NCBI GenBank assembly: GCA_030649895.1
Contig: JAUSEX010000052.1
Location: 16,988-80,987, forward strand
From: Candidatus Omnitrophota bacterium
Lineage (GTDB): Bacteria; Omnitrophota; Gorgyraeia; Gorgyraeales; Gorgyraeaceae
Direction of reading: 5' to 3'
Length of the DNA: 64,000 bases
The position numbers were made by a program, and so were the translations under genes. Shown piece after piece: positions 32,349 through 42,202 of the stretch (position 1 is its first letter; the number at the start of each line of letters is the position of its first letter). The notes beneath the pieces are model-generated. The model was not told the origin of the DNA. It saw nothing but the letters and a program-made list of their open reading frames with translations, and searched no databases.

Positions 32349-33044
32349 TTAAAAAAATTTGACCTTAAAAATAGCTATGAGCGCGGGAATAATATCCATG
32401 GCTTTTACCTTCTTCCCTTCCCTGGCGCTTCTGGCCTTATAGCATACAGGCACCTCTTTGATGCTAAACCTCTTCTTACACAGCTTGCTCACTACCTCAA
32501 AATCGAACGCTATTCCGGTGGATTCTATGTCTATTTTCCTGAAACTTGATGCCCTATACAGCCTGGTGCCTATAATATCCGTAAACCTTCTTCCATAAAA
32601 AAGATTTATTAAAAAAGTGGTGGCAAGCGTGCCCAGATAATAAGGCCTTTCTTTTACAAGCCTGCATACCGATATCAGATTTTTTTTAATACCATAAAGC
32701 CTTGAACCAAACACGGCATCCAGATTATCTTTTTCTGCCAAATTCAGCATCTCATGCACCGATCCTATATCATATTCAAGATCAGAATACTGCACATAGG
32801 CAAATTCCCCTTTAGCAAGCGATATGCCTGTCTTAACAGACCTGCCATATCCATAATTCTGCGGTTGAAACACAATCTTGATAGAATTGTCATTTAAAGC
32901 CTTTAGTATCTCCCTGCTGCCATCCGTAGAACAGTTATCAATAACAATTATCTCTTTTTCTATATTTAAATTCTTCGCCTCTTCTATAGCCTTCAGAATA
33001 GTGACTTTCTCATTAAAACAGGTAACAATAATAGTTAATTTCAT
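32349..33044 (-). CDS. Glycosyltransferase family 2 (polyprenyl-phosphate sugar transferase-like, DPM1/ArnC-type catalytic domain).
   Basis: LTIIVTCFNEKVTILKAIEEAK...IIVIDNCSTDGSREIL...DADLEYD-like (YSDLEYD). Confidence 0.8.
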   Translation of the reverse strand: MKLTIIVTCFNEKVTILKAIEEAKNLNIEKEIIVIDNCSTDGSREILKALNDNSIKIVFQPQNYGYGRSVKTGISLAKGEFAYVQYSDLEYDIGSVHEMLNLAEKDNLDAVFGSRLYGIKKNLISVCRLVKERPYYLGTLATTFLINLFYGRRFTDIIGTRLYRASSFRKIDIESTGIAFDFEVVSKLCKKRFSIKEVPVCYKARSAREGKKVKAMDIIPALIAIFKVKFF

Positions 33045-34354
33045 ATTTTATTTTTGAAAAAAGTATTAACAGTTTTTTCTATGTAATCTAACATTGGCTT
33101 CGTAAGTCCGGGATAAACCCCTATCCAGAAAAGATTGTTCATAACTAAATCTGTATTTTTTAAACCTCCGGATATCCTGTATTTTGCATTTTTATATGCC
33201 GGCTGTTTTGTTAAATTTCCGCCAAATAACATTCTTGTGGCAATCTTATTCTCTTCCAGATAATTTACAATATCCGCTCTATTAAACGGCGCTGTATTTT
33301 TTACAAGAACAGGGAATCCAAACCAGCTTGGCTCAGAATACTTCTCTGCCTTTGGAAGCATAAAATATTTCTCATATTTTTTAAAAACCGAATGAAGAAA
33401 TTTAAAGTTTTTCTTCCTCGCTTCAATAAACCCGGATAATTTTTCTAACTGAGCAACCCCTACAGCCGCCTGCATATCAGTGACTTTAAGATTATATCCT
33501 ATATGAGAATAGACGTATTTATGATCATAACCTAAAGGCAAATCTCCAAATTTCTGAGAAAATCTCTTTCCACAAGTATTATCTCTTCCCGTCTCGCAGT
33601 AGCATTCTCTTCCCCAGTCACGAAAAGATATTATTATCTTTCGCAGCAAAGGATCATTTGTTAAAACAGCTCCGCCCTCTCCCATAGTTATCATGTGAGG
33701 AGGATAAAAACTTGAAGTAGAGATATCTCCGAATGTTCCGGTATATTGTCCTTTATATTTCGAACCCAATGAATCGCAATTATCTTCTAACCACAGTAAA
33801 TTATATTTCTTAACGATCTTCCTTACACTATCTATGTCTACAGGATTCCCAAGCGTATGAGCTGTAAAAATTGCTTTTGTTTTTCTTGTAATGGCTTTTT
33901 CTATTTTCTCTGCCTGAATGTTATACGTTCCAAGCTCCACATCAATAAACACAGGCACAAGACTATTTTGCAATATAGGATTTAAAGTAGTAGGAAAACC
34001 ACAAGCAGTAGTAATAACTTCGTCTCCGGGCTTTAATTGTCTTTTTTTTAATAAAGGTGATGTCAAAGCCGTCACTGCCAGAAGATTTGCGGACGAACCT
34101 GAATTAGTAAGCAAGCAATGTTTTATTCCTAAAAACCCTGCCAAATTTCTTTCGAATTTCTCGGCATACTTTCCTGCTGTCAGCCAGAAATCAAGAGATG
34201 CGTCTATCAGATTTACGATTTCTTTTTCGTCATATACACGTCCAGCATAGCTAATCCTTGATTTGCCCGGTATAAACTTCTCATGTTTCTTTGATCTATA
34301 GAATCTTACAACTTTATTTAATATATCTTTTCTTATAAGTTTCTCTGTATTCAT
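33041..34354 (-). CDS. rfbH: CDP-6-deoxy-D-xylo-4-hexulose 3-dehydrase (E1, RfbH/DdhC-like, DegT family, PMP-dependent).
   Basis: LIDASLDFWLTAGKYAEKFERNLAGFLGIKHCLLTNSGSSANLLA ... FYPPHMITMGEGGA (His in place of the PLP-Lys, as in RfbH) ... DWGRECYCETGRDNTCGKRF (FeS Cys cluster) ... FWIGVYPGL. Confidence 0.85.
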   Translation of the reverse strand: MNTEKLIRKDILNKVVRFYRSKKHEKFIPGKSRISYAGRVYDEKEIVNLIDASLDFWLTAGKYAEKFERNLAGFLGIKHCLLTNSGSSANLLAVTALTSPLLKKRQLKPGDEVITTACGFPTTLNPILQNSLVPVFIDVELGTYNIQAEKIEKAITRKTKAIFTAHTLGNPVDIDSVRKIVKKYNLLWLEDNCDSLGSKYKGQYTGTFGDISTSSFYPPHMITMGEGGAVLTNDPLLRKIIISFRDWGRECYCETGRDNTCGKRFSQKFGDLPLGYDHKYVYSHIGYNLKVTDMQAAVGVAQLEKLSGFIEARKKNFKFLHSVFKKYEKYFMLPKAEKYSEPSWFGFPVLVKNTAPFNRADIVNYLEENKIATRMLFGGNLTKQPAYKNAKYRISGGLKNTDLVMNNLFWIGVYPGLTKPMLDYIEKTVNTFFKNKI

Positions 34355-36120
34355 TTTTTATCCTCTGGCAAGATGTCTATAAACATATTTGACTTAAGTT
34401 CTTCACGCGATAAATAAGGCTCCTGGTCTTCTACAGGCCTATTGACAGATAATTTAGGAACAACTTTCATATTTGAACTTATATTTATTTCTAAAAATCC
34501 TGAACGCTTATTATTAAAAAGCTTCTTAAGCGTTCCATCGATTTTATTTGCCTGATTAATTTTCCAAACAGGTATCCTGTAAGCGGAAACTACGCTCTGA
34601 AAATCAGGGCAGCTATACCCGAGAACAGTTGATTGAAACCTGGAATTAAAATATTGTTCCTGAAACTGTTTAACCATCCCGTAACAACGATTATTCAATA
34701 ATATTATTTTAACCGGCAGTTTATAGTGATAAATCGTCTGAAGCTCTTGTATATTCAACTGGAATCCGCCGTCTCCGCTTATGGCTATAATAACCTTGCC
34801 AGGGTTAGCAAAGGAAGCGCCTATTGCCATAGCTAAGCTGGACCCCATTGCGCCTGCGCCTCCCTGGGTAAGAAATCTCTGGGTTTTCTTTATCTCCAAT
34901 GTTTGAGCGGCCCACATCTGATTCTGGCCCACATCCACACAAACTACACTAGACTTCGGCAAAAATTCTGACAGCCTGCTCATAAAAAAATTAGGTTCTA
35001 TCTTGCTGCCAGAGGAGACACTGTACGAAGGATATTTCTTTTTATACCCTTTGACTAATTTTCTCCAGGACTCTATTTTATTTCTATCATAACCACTTAT
35101 TTTCTTATTTATTAAAGTTAAAAAATAATTTATATCGCAATTTATAGGAATATCTGCTTTTCTCTTATTGTTTAATTCATGTTCGTCTATATCTACATGA
35201 ATAATTTTCGCTCCTCTTGCAAAAGTTTCTGGTTTCGTCCCTGTCTGCCTGGTATCTAACCTTGTGCCTAAAGCCAGCACTAGATCAGCGTTCGCTACTG
35301 TCAGATTAGCGTAACGATTCCCATAAGTGCCTATCATGCCTAAAAACGCATCGCTATCATGCGTAAAGCCGTCAATGCCCATTAAAGAAGAAACAACAGG
35401 TATTTCTGTATGCTTTATAAATTTTAAAAGCTCGCTTTGCGCATTTGACAACCTGAGACCTCCACCTATAAGGACAACAGGCCTTGATGAAAATTTTATT
35501 GAATTAATAACCTTTTTGATTATATTGCTATCTGTTTTCTTGTATAATTCATCAAAAGTATCTGCGCGAAAAGACTTTAACGATTTTGGTTTTATCTCGG
35601 CTCGCTGTATGTTCATAGGCATATCTAGCAATACAGGGCCTGGCCTGCCGGATTTAGCAATATAAAATGCCTTTTCAAGATAATATCTGATTTTATCCGG
35701 TTCAGTAATAAGCACAGCGTACTTTGTAATCGGTTTTACCAAATTCACAATATCTGTTTCCTGAAATCCTACCTGTCTTACAGGTTTCTTAAATTTGAAT
35801 TCATAAGTATTGACTTGTCCCGTTATAAATACGCAGGGAATAGAATCAAAAAAACAACTGGCAATACCTGTTATCAAATTGGTAGCCCCTGGCCCGCTAG
35901 TTGCCATTGCCACGCCTATATTGCCGCCAGAGCGCGAATAACCTTCTGCGGCAAACGCAGCTGCCTGCTCATGATGCATAGATATGGCCTGAATATCTCT
36001 TCTTTTATACAAAGAATCCAAAAGATGCGTAATAGAGCCCCCGCAAACCTCAAAGACATGAGTTACGTCTTTTGAAACAAGAAAATTAATTACATAGTCT
36101 GATAATTTCATAGCCGTCAT
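34351..36120 (-). CDS. Thiamine pyrophosphate-dependent enzyme (acetolactate synthase large-subunit fold), candidate YerE-like branched-chain sugar synthase.
   Basis: N-terminal TPP-PYR domain ...HEQAAAFAAEGYSRSGGNIGVAMATSGPGATNLITGIA... and C-terminal TPP-binding domain GDGGFQLNIQEL... Located in an operon with the CDP-dideoxyhexose genes. Confidence 0.75.
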   Translation of the reverse strand: MTAMKLSDYVINFLVSKDVTHVFEVCGGSITHLLDSLYKRRDIQAISMHHEQAAAFAAEGYSRSGGNIGVAMATSGPGATNLITGIASCFFDSIPCVFITGQVNTYEFKFKKPVRQVGFQETDIVNLVKPITKYAVLITEPDKIRYYLEKAFYIAKSGRPGPVLLDMPMNIQRAEIKPKSLKSFRADTFDELYKKTDSNIIKKVINSIKFSSRPVVLIGGGLRLSNAQSELLKFIKHTEIPVVSSLMGIDGFTHDSDAFLGMIGTYGNRYANLTVANADLVLALGTRLDTRQTGTKPETFARGAKIIHVDIDEHELNNKRKADIPINCDINYFLTLINKKISGYDRNKIESWRKLVKGYKKKYPSYSVSSGSKIEPNFFMSRLSEFLPKSSVVCVDVGQNQMWAAQTLEIKKTQRFLTQGGAGAMGSSLAMAIGASFANPGKVIIAISGDGGFQLNIQELQTIYHYKLPVKIILLNNRCYGMVKQFQEQYFNSRFQSTVLGYSCPDFQSVVSAYRIPVWKINQANKIDGTLKKLFNNKRSGFLEINISSNMKVVPKLSVNRPVEDQEPYLSREELKSNMFIDILPEDKK

Positions 36121-37067
36121 TATTTATACAACGCAATATTTTTCTTAAACCAGTTAATATCTTTTTCCAGCCCCTGCCTTAAGCTATGTTTCGGCTCCCA
36201 GTTCAATAATCTCTTGGCCTTGGATATATCTGCCTGCCAGCATAATGGTTCTATCCTGGGATTATCTGTCTTTCCCCATTCCGGCTTAACCTTGCCGCCT
36301 GTCAATTTGATTGCAATATCTACAACATCTTTTACCGTATGCTGTTTCCCCGAGCCTATATTAAATACTTCGCCTTTAACCTTATTTTTATTATCAATAA
36401 CCTTTTCATAAGCGCTGGTAACATCTTCTATAAAAATAAAATCCCTGACAGAATCGGACGACGACAGTTTTGGATTTGTAAATTTTAAGCATGACAATAT
36501 CAAAAAGGAAACCAACCGGCTTTTCTCTTCATAATATCCATAAGGAGAAAATAGCCTGAGAGTTACCATGGGTATGTGTTCTTTTTTAGCAGCCGCATGG
36601 CAATAAGAAAAAGCAGCAGCTTTAGTAACCCCATATTCATTAACCGGCTCCAATACATCTGTCTCTTTCATCGGCTTTGACTTTATGCCATATTCTGAAG
36701 ATGAACCGGTATTTATAAACAATTCTAATCCTACGCCTTTCGAGGCATTAACTAGATTTACTGTCCCTGCAAAATTTGCCTCTGTTATTTTCAGCGCATC
36801 ATTTTGAAAAGAATAACCGCCATATACAGCAGTATGTATTACAATCTGCGGCTTAATTTTTTTTATTATCTTTTTTAATCTGGCTGAATCCTTTAGATCA
36901 GCCGAGTATTCAGAAACATCTTTTAATATATCCCGAATTCTCCATTTATTAGACCCTGCCCGCGTAAATATGGATATCCTGGAGCCTTTTTTTAAAAAAT
37001 GTCTTGTCAGATTCGCGCCTATAAAACCAGTCGCGCCTGTAATTAATATCTTTTTATTTTTTAACAT
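36120..37067 (-). CDS. NAD(P)-dependent sugar epimerase/reductase (SDR-extended; CDP-abequose/paratose synthase-like).
   Basis: KKILITGATGFIGANLTRHFLKKG ... YGVTKAAAFSYCH (YxxxK). Confidence 0.8.
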   Translation of the reverse strand: MLKNKKILITGATGFIGANLTRHFLKKGSRISIFTRAGSNKWRIRDILKDVSEYSADLKDSARLKKIIKKIKPQIVIHTAVYGGYSFQNDALKITEANFAGTVNLVNASKGVGLELFINTGSSSEYGIKSKPMKETDVLEPVNEYGVTKAAAFSYCHAAAKKEHIPMVTLRLFSPYGYYEEKSRLVSFLILSCLKFTNPKLSSSDSVRDFIFIEDVTSAYEKVIDNKNKVKGEVFNIGSGKQHTVKDVVDIAIKLTGGKVKPEWGKTDNPRIEPLCWQADISKAKRLLNWEPKHSLRQGLEKDINWFKKNIALYK

Positions 37068-38047
37068 CCTAATCTTTTACTGTACCAATCTATGGCTTTT
37101 TTTAAGCCTTCCTCCAGAGTATATCCTGGCGCCCATCCTAAAACTCTTCTGGCTTTAGCGGAACATAGATACTGATGTTTTATCTCATACCGTGCTTGAT
37201 TTAAAATCTTATAATCCGGCTTTCCGCCTATTAAATCATATATCTTTTTCACCATCTCAATTACCGTGATCGGGTTTTCATCGCTAAAATTAAACGCTTC
37301 GCCGCATAGTTTTAACTTCTTCATTTTTTCAGCCAGCGTTATATAGCCATTGACAATATCTTCCACATATACATAATCTCTGGTAAATTTTCCATCGCTT
37401 CTTATAATAAACTGTTTATCGCTAAGAGCACAGCGCATAGCGTCAGGGATAAGTCTTGAAAAATTAGTATCTCCCGGGCCAAAGATATTGCCGCAGCGCG
37501 TTACGCATACAGGAACCTTGTAAGTATTCCAGTAAGTATAACATATAAGATCCGCGCAGCTTTTAGAAACATCATAAGGATGATTGCCTTTTAAAGACGC
37601 GTCTTCTTTATAAGGTAGAACTTTATGACTGCCATACGCTTTATCGCTGGATGCCGCTACTATCGCTTCTATAAATTTTTTATCTCTTGAAGCTTCTAAT
37701 ATATTCCAAGTACCTTCTATATTAGACTTAAATGTTATGACAGGTTTTTTATTTGCCTCGCCTACTATCGCCTCAGCAGCTAAGTGAAAAATAACCTGAG
37801 GCTTATATTTATCAATGAGACTTTTTACCAAGCCAAGGTTAGATATATCGCCTTTTACGCATACTATCCGACTCCTCAATCCAGTTAATAAAGAATCCGG
37901 TCTATTTTTTACCTTATCTATGCCAATAATATCCGCGCCGCAATCCAATAAGGTTTTTGTAAGATTAGAGCCCAGAAAACCTTCGAAACCTGTAACAAGA
38001 ACTTTTTTATTTTTCCAATATTTATTCGTCATTTCCAGACCTTCCAT
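37061..38047 (-). CDS. rfbG: CDP-glucose 4,6-dehydratase-like (RfbG).
   Basis: YWKNKKVLVTGFEGFLGSNLTKTLLDCGADIIGI ... YDVSKSCADLI (YxxxK). Confidence 0.75.
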   Translation of the reverse strand: MEGLEMTNKYWKNKKVLVTGFEGFLGSNLTKTLLDCGADIIGIDKVKNRPDSLLTGLRSRIVCVKGDISNLGLVKSLIDKYKPQVIFHLAAEAIVGEANKKPVITFKSNIEGTWNILEASRDKKFIEAIVAASSDKAYGSHKVLPYKEDASLKGNHPYDVSKSCADLICYTYWNTYKVPVCVTRCGNIFGPGDTNFSRLIPDAMRCALSDKQFIIRSDGKFTRDYVYVEDIVNGYITLAEKMKKLKLCGEAFNFSDENPITVIEMVKKIYDLIGGKPDYKILNQARYEIKHQYLCSAKARRVLGWAPGYTLEEGLKKAIDWYSKRLGC

Positions 38048-38823
38048 ATAGCTTTATCACTATCCCACATATGATTTAATATCCCATATTCCCTGGGGGT
38101 ATCCAAGCATTGCCAGAAACCGTTATGCTCATACACGCCAAGCTGTTTATCCTTGACCATCTTAGGCAATACTTCGGTTTCTAATATAAGATCACCGCCC
38201 GGCTTGAAATATTTCTCGATTACACCCTTGTCAAAAAGCATAAATCCGCCATTTATCAGCCCCATTCCCACGTTAGGCTTTTCACTAAATTCCGTAACTA
38301 TATTACCTGATATTTCCATTTCGCCAAATCTACCAGACGGATGAACTCCGGATACTGTCCCTAAAACCTCCGCATCCTTATGTTTTTTTATCAAAGCTTT
38401 TATATCTATATCCGCTACGCCGTCTCCATAGGTAACACTGAACATGTCGCAGTCTTCAAGGTATTTTCTTGCGTTCCATATCCTTGCGCCTGTATAAGCG
38501 TTTTCGCCTGTCTCAACAAGTGTAATATTCCAATCTGATTCGTCATGCATATCATGATACTTTACAGAAGCCGGATCATCCAGTTTTATAGTTATATTCG
38601 AAACCTTGGCTTTATAGTTCAGAAAAAATTCTTTTATGACCCACCCTTTATACCCCAGACATAATACAAAGTCTTTTATGCCATAATGCGCATAAATTTT
38701 CATAATATGCCATACAACAGGCATATTGCCTATGGTCAGCATGGGTTTTGGCAGTACCTCAGAAACATCCCGTATCCTGGTACCTTGTCCGCCGCACAGT
38801 ATAAGCGCTTTTATTTTTGACAT
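38029..38823 (-). CDS. rfbF: Glucose-1-phosphate cytidylyltransferase (RfbF).
   Basis: MSKIKALILCGGQGTRIRDVSEVLPKPMLTIGNMPVVWHIMKIYAHYGIKDFVLCLGYKGWVIKEFF is a near-canonical RfbF N-terminus. Confidence 0.85.
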   Translation of the reverse strand: MSKIKALILCGGQGTRIRDVSEVLPKPMLTIGNMPVVWHIMKIYAHYGIKDFVLCLGYKGWVIKEFFLNYKAKVSNITIKLDDPASVKYHDMHDESDWNITLVETGENAYTGARIWNARKYLEDCDMFSVTYGDGVADIDIKALIKKHKDAEVLGTVSGVHPSGRFGEMEISGNIVTEFSEKPNVGMGLINGGFMLFDKGVIEKYFKPGGDLILETEVLPKMVKDKQLGVYEHNGFWQCLDTPREYGILNHMWDSDKAIWKVWK

Positions 38824-40145
38824 TTTATCATTCCTTTCATCTTTTCTTCTACCGCCACAATCATAGGCGCTGATAATATTATATAGTAGGGTATGAGCGG
38901 AACGCCATACCGCCCATAACCATATATAAGGCTATATATCAGATTAGTATAGCATATTAATAAAAATAAAAAAATCCATTTCCTCCACATATCTTTCTTG
39001 ATTAACATCCCGCATATAGAGAGTAAAATCAATATATACGCCAAAGACCTGAAAACACCCCTTATCAGGGAAAGCAGGGAGTTGCCATAAGAAAGATTGG
39101 TTATCTTGTCTATAAGATACCTCTGGTCTATCAATATCGACAGGTAGGTAAACTGCGTCATCTTCAGCAGATCAAGAAACGAGACAGCTATGAATTTGAC
39201 GGGCCTTTTCATTATTTTAGATATCATGATATTTTTTATTTCTTCCGGGCTATATCCTTTGCCCTCCAGTTCCGGCAATATCTTTTCTCTGGCAATATCG
39301 TCTTCTTTATGCAAAAAATCCCTCGGGTTATCAACTATATCAGGGAATACCCGCTTTCCCAGATTTTCGGACATAATAAAAACCAGGTTCTGTTTAAAAT
39401 CATTAAAACCATAATCGAGCTTCTGGACCTTGACGCATAAAGGTGTTTCGCTGCCTCCTCTTAACGAAAAACTCCCGCATTTTAAATAATTCCTGGCCAT
39501 CCACGGTATTGTTAAAATCACAAAAGCCATGGTCATAACAGCTATTTTTATAATAAAACCTGCGCGGAATCCTGATTTAAATCTTAAAAATATAAGCCAT
39601 AAAATCAAAATAAAGATGAATGGCAGCATCACTGCCTTACAAAGCGCTGTTATGCCTAACATGCCTCCTGCCAGAAGATAATAAGCTGTCCTATTTGTAA
39701 AATAAATCTTAATACAGCTAAACACTAATACGGAAAGCAGGAACGTAAACAGCGTTTCTGACAATATATAAGCCGGGTAATTGGCGAGCGTGGGGAATAA
39801 AGCCGTTATAGCCATGGAATACACGGCTATCTTTTCACAAAAAATAAGCCTGGCTGTTTTATATACAAAAATAGCGGTTAATAAGAATAATATTATCTGG
39901 GCAAGCTGGACAAAAAAATAGTCGTGATCGAATAACAAGTATATAAGCGCTAAAAAAGCCGGATACGCGGGCTCCCTTCCCATCGCTGGCACGCGGCTAT
40001 CATCCACATATCCATGGCCTTTCGCGAGATTAAAACCTATTGAATCATATCCATAAGAATCAGGCTGCATCGGCTCCCTGGTTAATAATAATAACGCGAA
40101 GCTGAAAACAAAAGACACGCCTAAAATATAAAGAAATTTTTTCAT
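38811..40145 (-). CDS. Integral-membrane glycosyltransferase, GT39/GT83 (ArnT / PMT-like).
   Basis: More than 10 predicted TM segments. N-terminal loop ...DSIGFNLAKGHGYV...REPAYPAFLALIYLLF is typical of ArnT/PMT-family lipid-linked sugar transferases. Confidence 0.6.
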   Translation of the reverse strand: MKKFLYILGVSFVFSFALLLLTREPMQPDSYGYDSIGFNLAKGHGYVDDSRVPAMGREPAYPAFLALIYLLFDHDYFFVQLAQIILFLLTAIFVYKTARLIFCEKIAVYSMAITALFPTLANYPAYILSETLFTFLLSVLVFSCIKIYFTNRTAYYLLAGGMLGITALCKAVMLPFIFILILWLIFLRFKSGFRAGFIIKIAVMTMAFVILTIPWMARNYLKCGSFSLRGGSETPLCVKVQKLDYGFNDFKQNLVFIMSENLGKRVFPDIVDNPRDFLHKEDDIAREKILPELEGKGYSPEEIKNIMISKIMKRPVKFIAVSFLDLLKMTQFTYLSILIDQRYLIDKITNLSYGNSLLSLIRGVFRSLAYILILLSICGMLIKKDMWRKWIFLFLLICYTNLIYSLIYGYGRYGVPLIPYYIILSAPMIVAVEEKMKGMIKCQK

Positions 40146-40167
40146 ATGCGCCTCTTATCAGAACCAG

Positions 40168-41301
40168 TCAATTCAAGGCCTTGTTGTATATCCCTTCCAG
40201 CCGGTTTATATAAAATCCTGGCGTAAAAATTTCCTTGACCTTTACCTCGGCATACGCGGCTTTTGCGGATTTTGCTTTGTTCTCTATTTTATTTATAATC
40301 GCGCCTGCCAGGGCGTAGGCATTATTGGGTTTTACAAGAGTTATGCCGTCCAATTCTTCCGCTATCTCATTTATGCCGCCTACCTCGCTTGCTACGCAAG
40401 GCACCCTCAAAGACGCAGCTTCTAATAACGCTATGCCAAGGCCTTCGCTCAGCGAAGGCATCACAAACAGGTCCAGCGCGCTCAGGAATCCCAATATGCC
40501 TAAGCGCCTCCCGAGAAAAATAACATTTTTTTCGATTGATAGCATCCTTGATTTTTCTGTCAGGCGCCTGTATAGATACCCGTCTCCGACAATAAATAGC
40601 ATCGCGCTCTTACATTCCGCAAGGACTATTTTAAAAGCATCCAGCAGAATATCATGGCCTTTTTCCTTCCTGAGGGTGCCTACAGCTCCTACTACAAAAA
40701 CATCTTCCCTTGCGCCCAGTCTTCTCCTCTCATCCTCCCTGACAGGTTTTGATTTCATTAAATCCAAATCCACGCAATTATAAAGCACCTCTATCTTATC
40801 GCTACTAAGGGCTTCCTGAGCCATTAAAAAATCCTTGACGCTTTTTGATGGAACGATGATCTTATATGTAAAACCGGATAATATCCTGTCGATCAATATG
40901 TGATACCACCTCTTCCACGCGTACATACCATGCTCTTCTATTATAACCGGCGTACTGACCAGCATACCTACTATGCGGGCATGAAAATTCGCGTTAAACA
41001 GCGCGCTCTGGATCAAATCCGGCTTTATCTTCCTGACCAGCTTGTATAATTTGTAAGTGGCCGCCAAGTTATAAAATTTGTCATTAATATTCAGGCAGAT
41101 GACATTCCCGCCATTTTTTATTACTTCTTCTCCGATAATCCCTATTCTATTTATGCAGCAATATGTTATACGGTATTTCTCCTTATTTATATATTTTTGT
41201 ATGCAAAGCTTGAGCTGTTCAGCCCCGCCCATTTCTAAATCCTGCATAATAAATAATATATTCTTTCTAGAATCTGTCATTGCCTGCATAGCCTTATGCA
41301 T
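40168..41301 (-). CDS. Glycosyltransferase family 4.
   Basis: ...FVMPSLSEGLGIALLEAASLRVPCVASEVGG... (EX7E motif region). Confidence 0.85.
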   Translation of the reverse strand: MHKAMQAMTDSRKNILFIMQDLEMGGAEQLKLCIQKYINKEKYRITYCCINRIGIIGEEVIKNGGNVICLNINDKFYNLAATYKLYKLVRKIKPDLIQSALFNANFHARIVGMLVSTPVIIEEHGMYAWKRWYHILIDRILSGFTYKIIVPSKSVKDFLMAQEALSSDKIEVLYNCVDLDLMKSKPVREDERRRLGAREDVFVVGAVGTLRKEKGHDILLDAFKIVLAECKSAMLFIVGDGYLYRRLTEKSRMLSIEKNVIFLGRRLGILGFLSALDLFVMPSLSEGLGIALLEAASLRVPCVASEVGGINEIAEELDGITLVKPNNAYALAGAIINKIENKAKSAKAAYAEVKVKEIFTPGFYINRLEGIYNKALN

Positions 41302-42202
41302 ATAGGCCTCTTATATGAGAAAGCTTGCAGAATGTCACGCCGATCTCACGGCAATATCCTATTATGGATTCAAGATCGCCAATAAGCCTGTTGCAATCTT
41401 CCTGATTTCTGGAATAGGGACTCGCTCCTGGATAAAACTCCATACTGTGGAACATCATGTTCAGTACAATAACGTCAGATGAAGAATACTTACTGATAAA
41501 TTTATGGACAAGCCTTTTCATATCATGCGGACTATTAAAAGACGGCCTGAGCCAGACAGGCCTGTTGAAAAATTTGTATACGCTATTCAGAAAAATTATC
41601 GAAACCGGTACCTCCAGTAAAATCTTATCCCCGCTTTTATTCTTTATAAAATACGGCTGGTCAGAGAATTTTGTAAAATTCGGGCCTCCTATATTACGCC
41701 AGGAAACGCCAGGCGTAACGCTTGTATCCACTAGATATCCCAGGGACGCGAGAGACGACGCGGTATTATCGCCAAACCCGAATTTACCGCCCCTGTAAAC
41801 CTTGGAGCTACAGCCTATCTTTTCCTCAAACAATCTTGTAAGATTAGACAGCTTTTCCTTTTCTACGCTGATATCCAGATTATTGGAAAATTCCGTGGAA
41901 TATGTCCCGGCGTATTTTAAATATTTCTTTTCAGGCCCTATGTATTCCGGATGCAGATGAGTCCCTAATTCGCTCTCATCACGGATAGGTTTCAGGATCC
42001 TTACTGATTCATCATCTTCGAGAACTTCGGTTGTCAGAAGATATGTCCCGATGGCTCCGTATTTTTTAAATACAGGCTGTAATACATTTGGGATACTTTC
42101 GGTTACGGATTTAAAAGCCAGAGGAGATGACTTTGTCCAATCAGTAGAGTGGTCGGCTTCTGTATCTATAGTAATCACTAAATATACGGCTGGTTTGTTC
42201 AT
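41294..42202 (-). CDS. Hypothetical protein, possibly carbohydrate deacetylase-like.
   Basis: ORF of 302 aa in operon context. VITIDTEADHS...ELGTHLHPEY are weak NodB-like features. Confidence 0.4.
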   Translation of the reverse strand: MNKPAVYLVITIDTEADHSTDWTKSSPLAFKSVTESIPNVLQPVFKKYGAIGTYLLTTEVLEDDESVRILKPIRDESELGTHLHPEYIGPEKKYLKYAGTYSTEFSNNLDISVEKEKLSNLTRLFEEKIGCSSKVYRGGKFGFGDNTASSLASLGYLVDTSVTPGVSWRNIGGPNFTKFSDQPYFIKNKSGDKILLEVPVSIIFLNSVYKFFNRPVWLRPSFNSPHDMKRLVHKFISKYSSSDVIVLNMMFHSMEFYPGASPYSRNQEDCNRLIGDLESIIGYCREIGVTFCKLSHIRGLYA

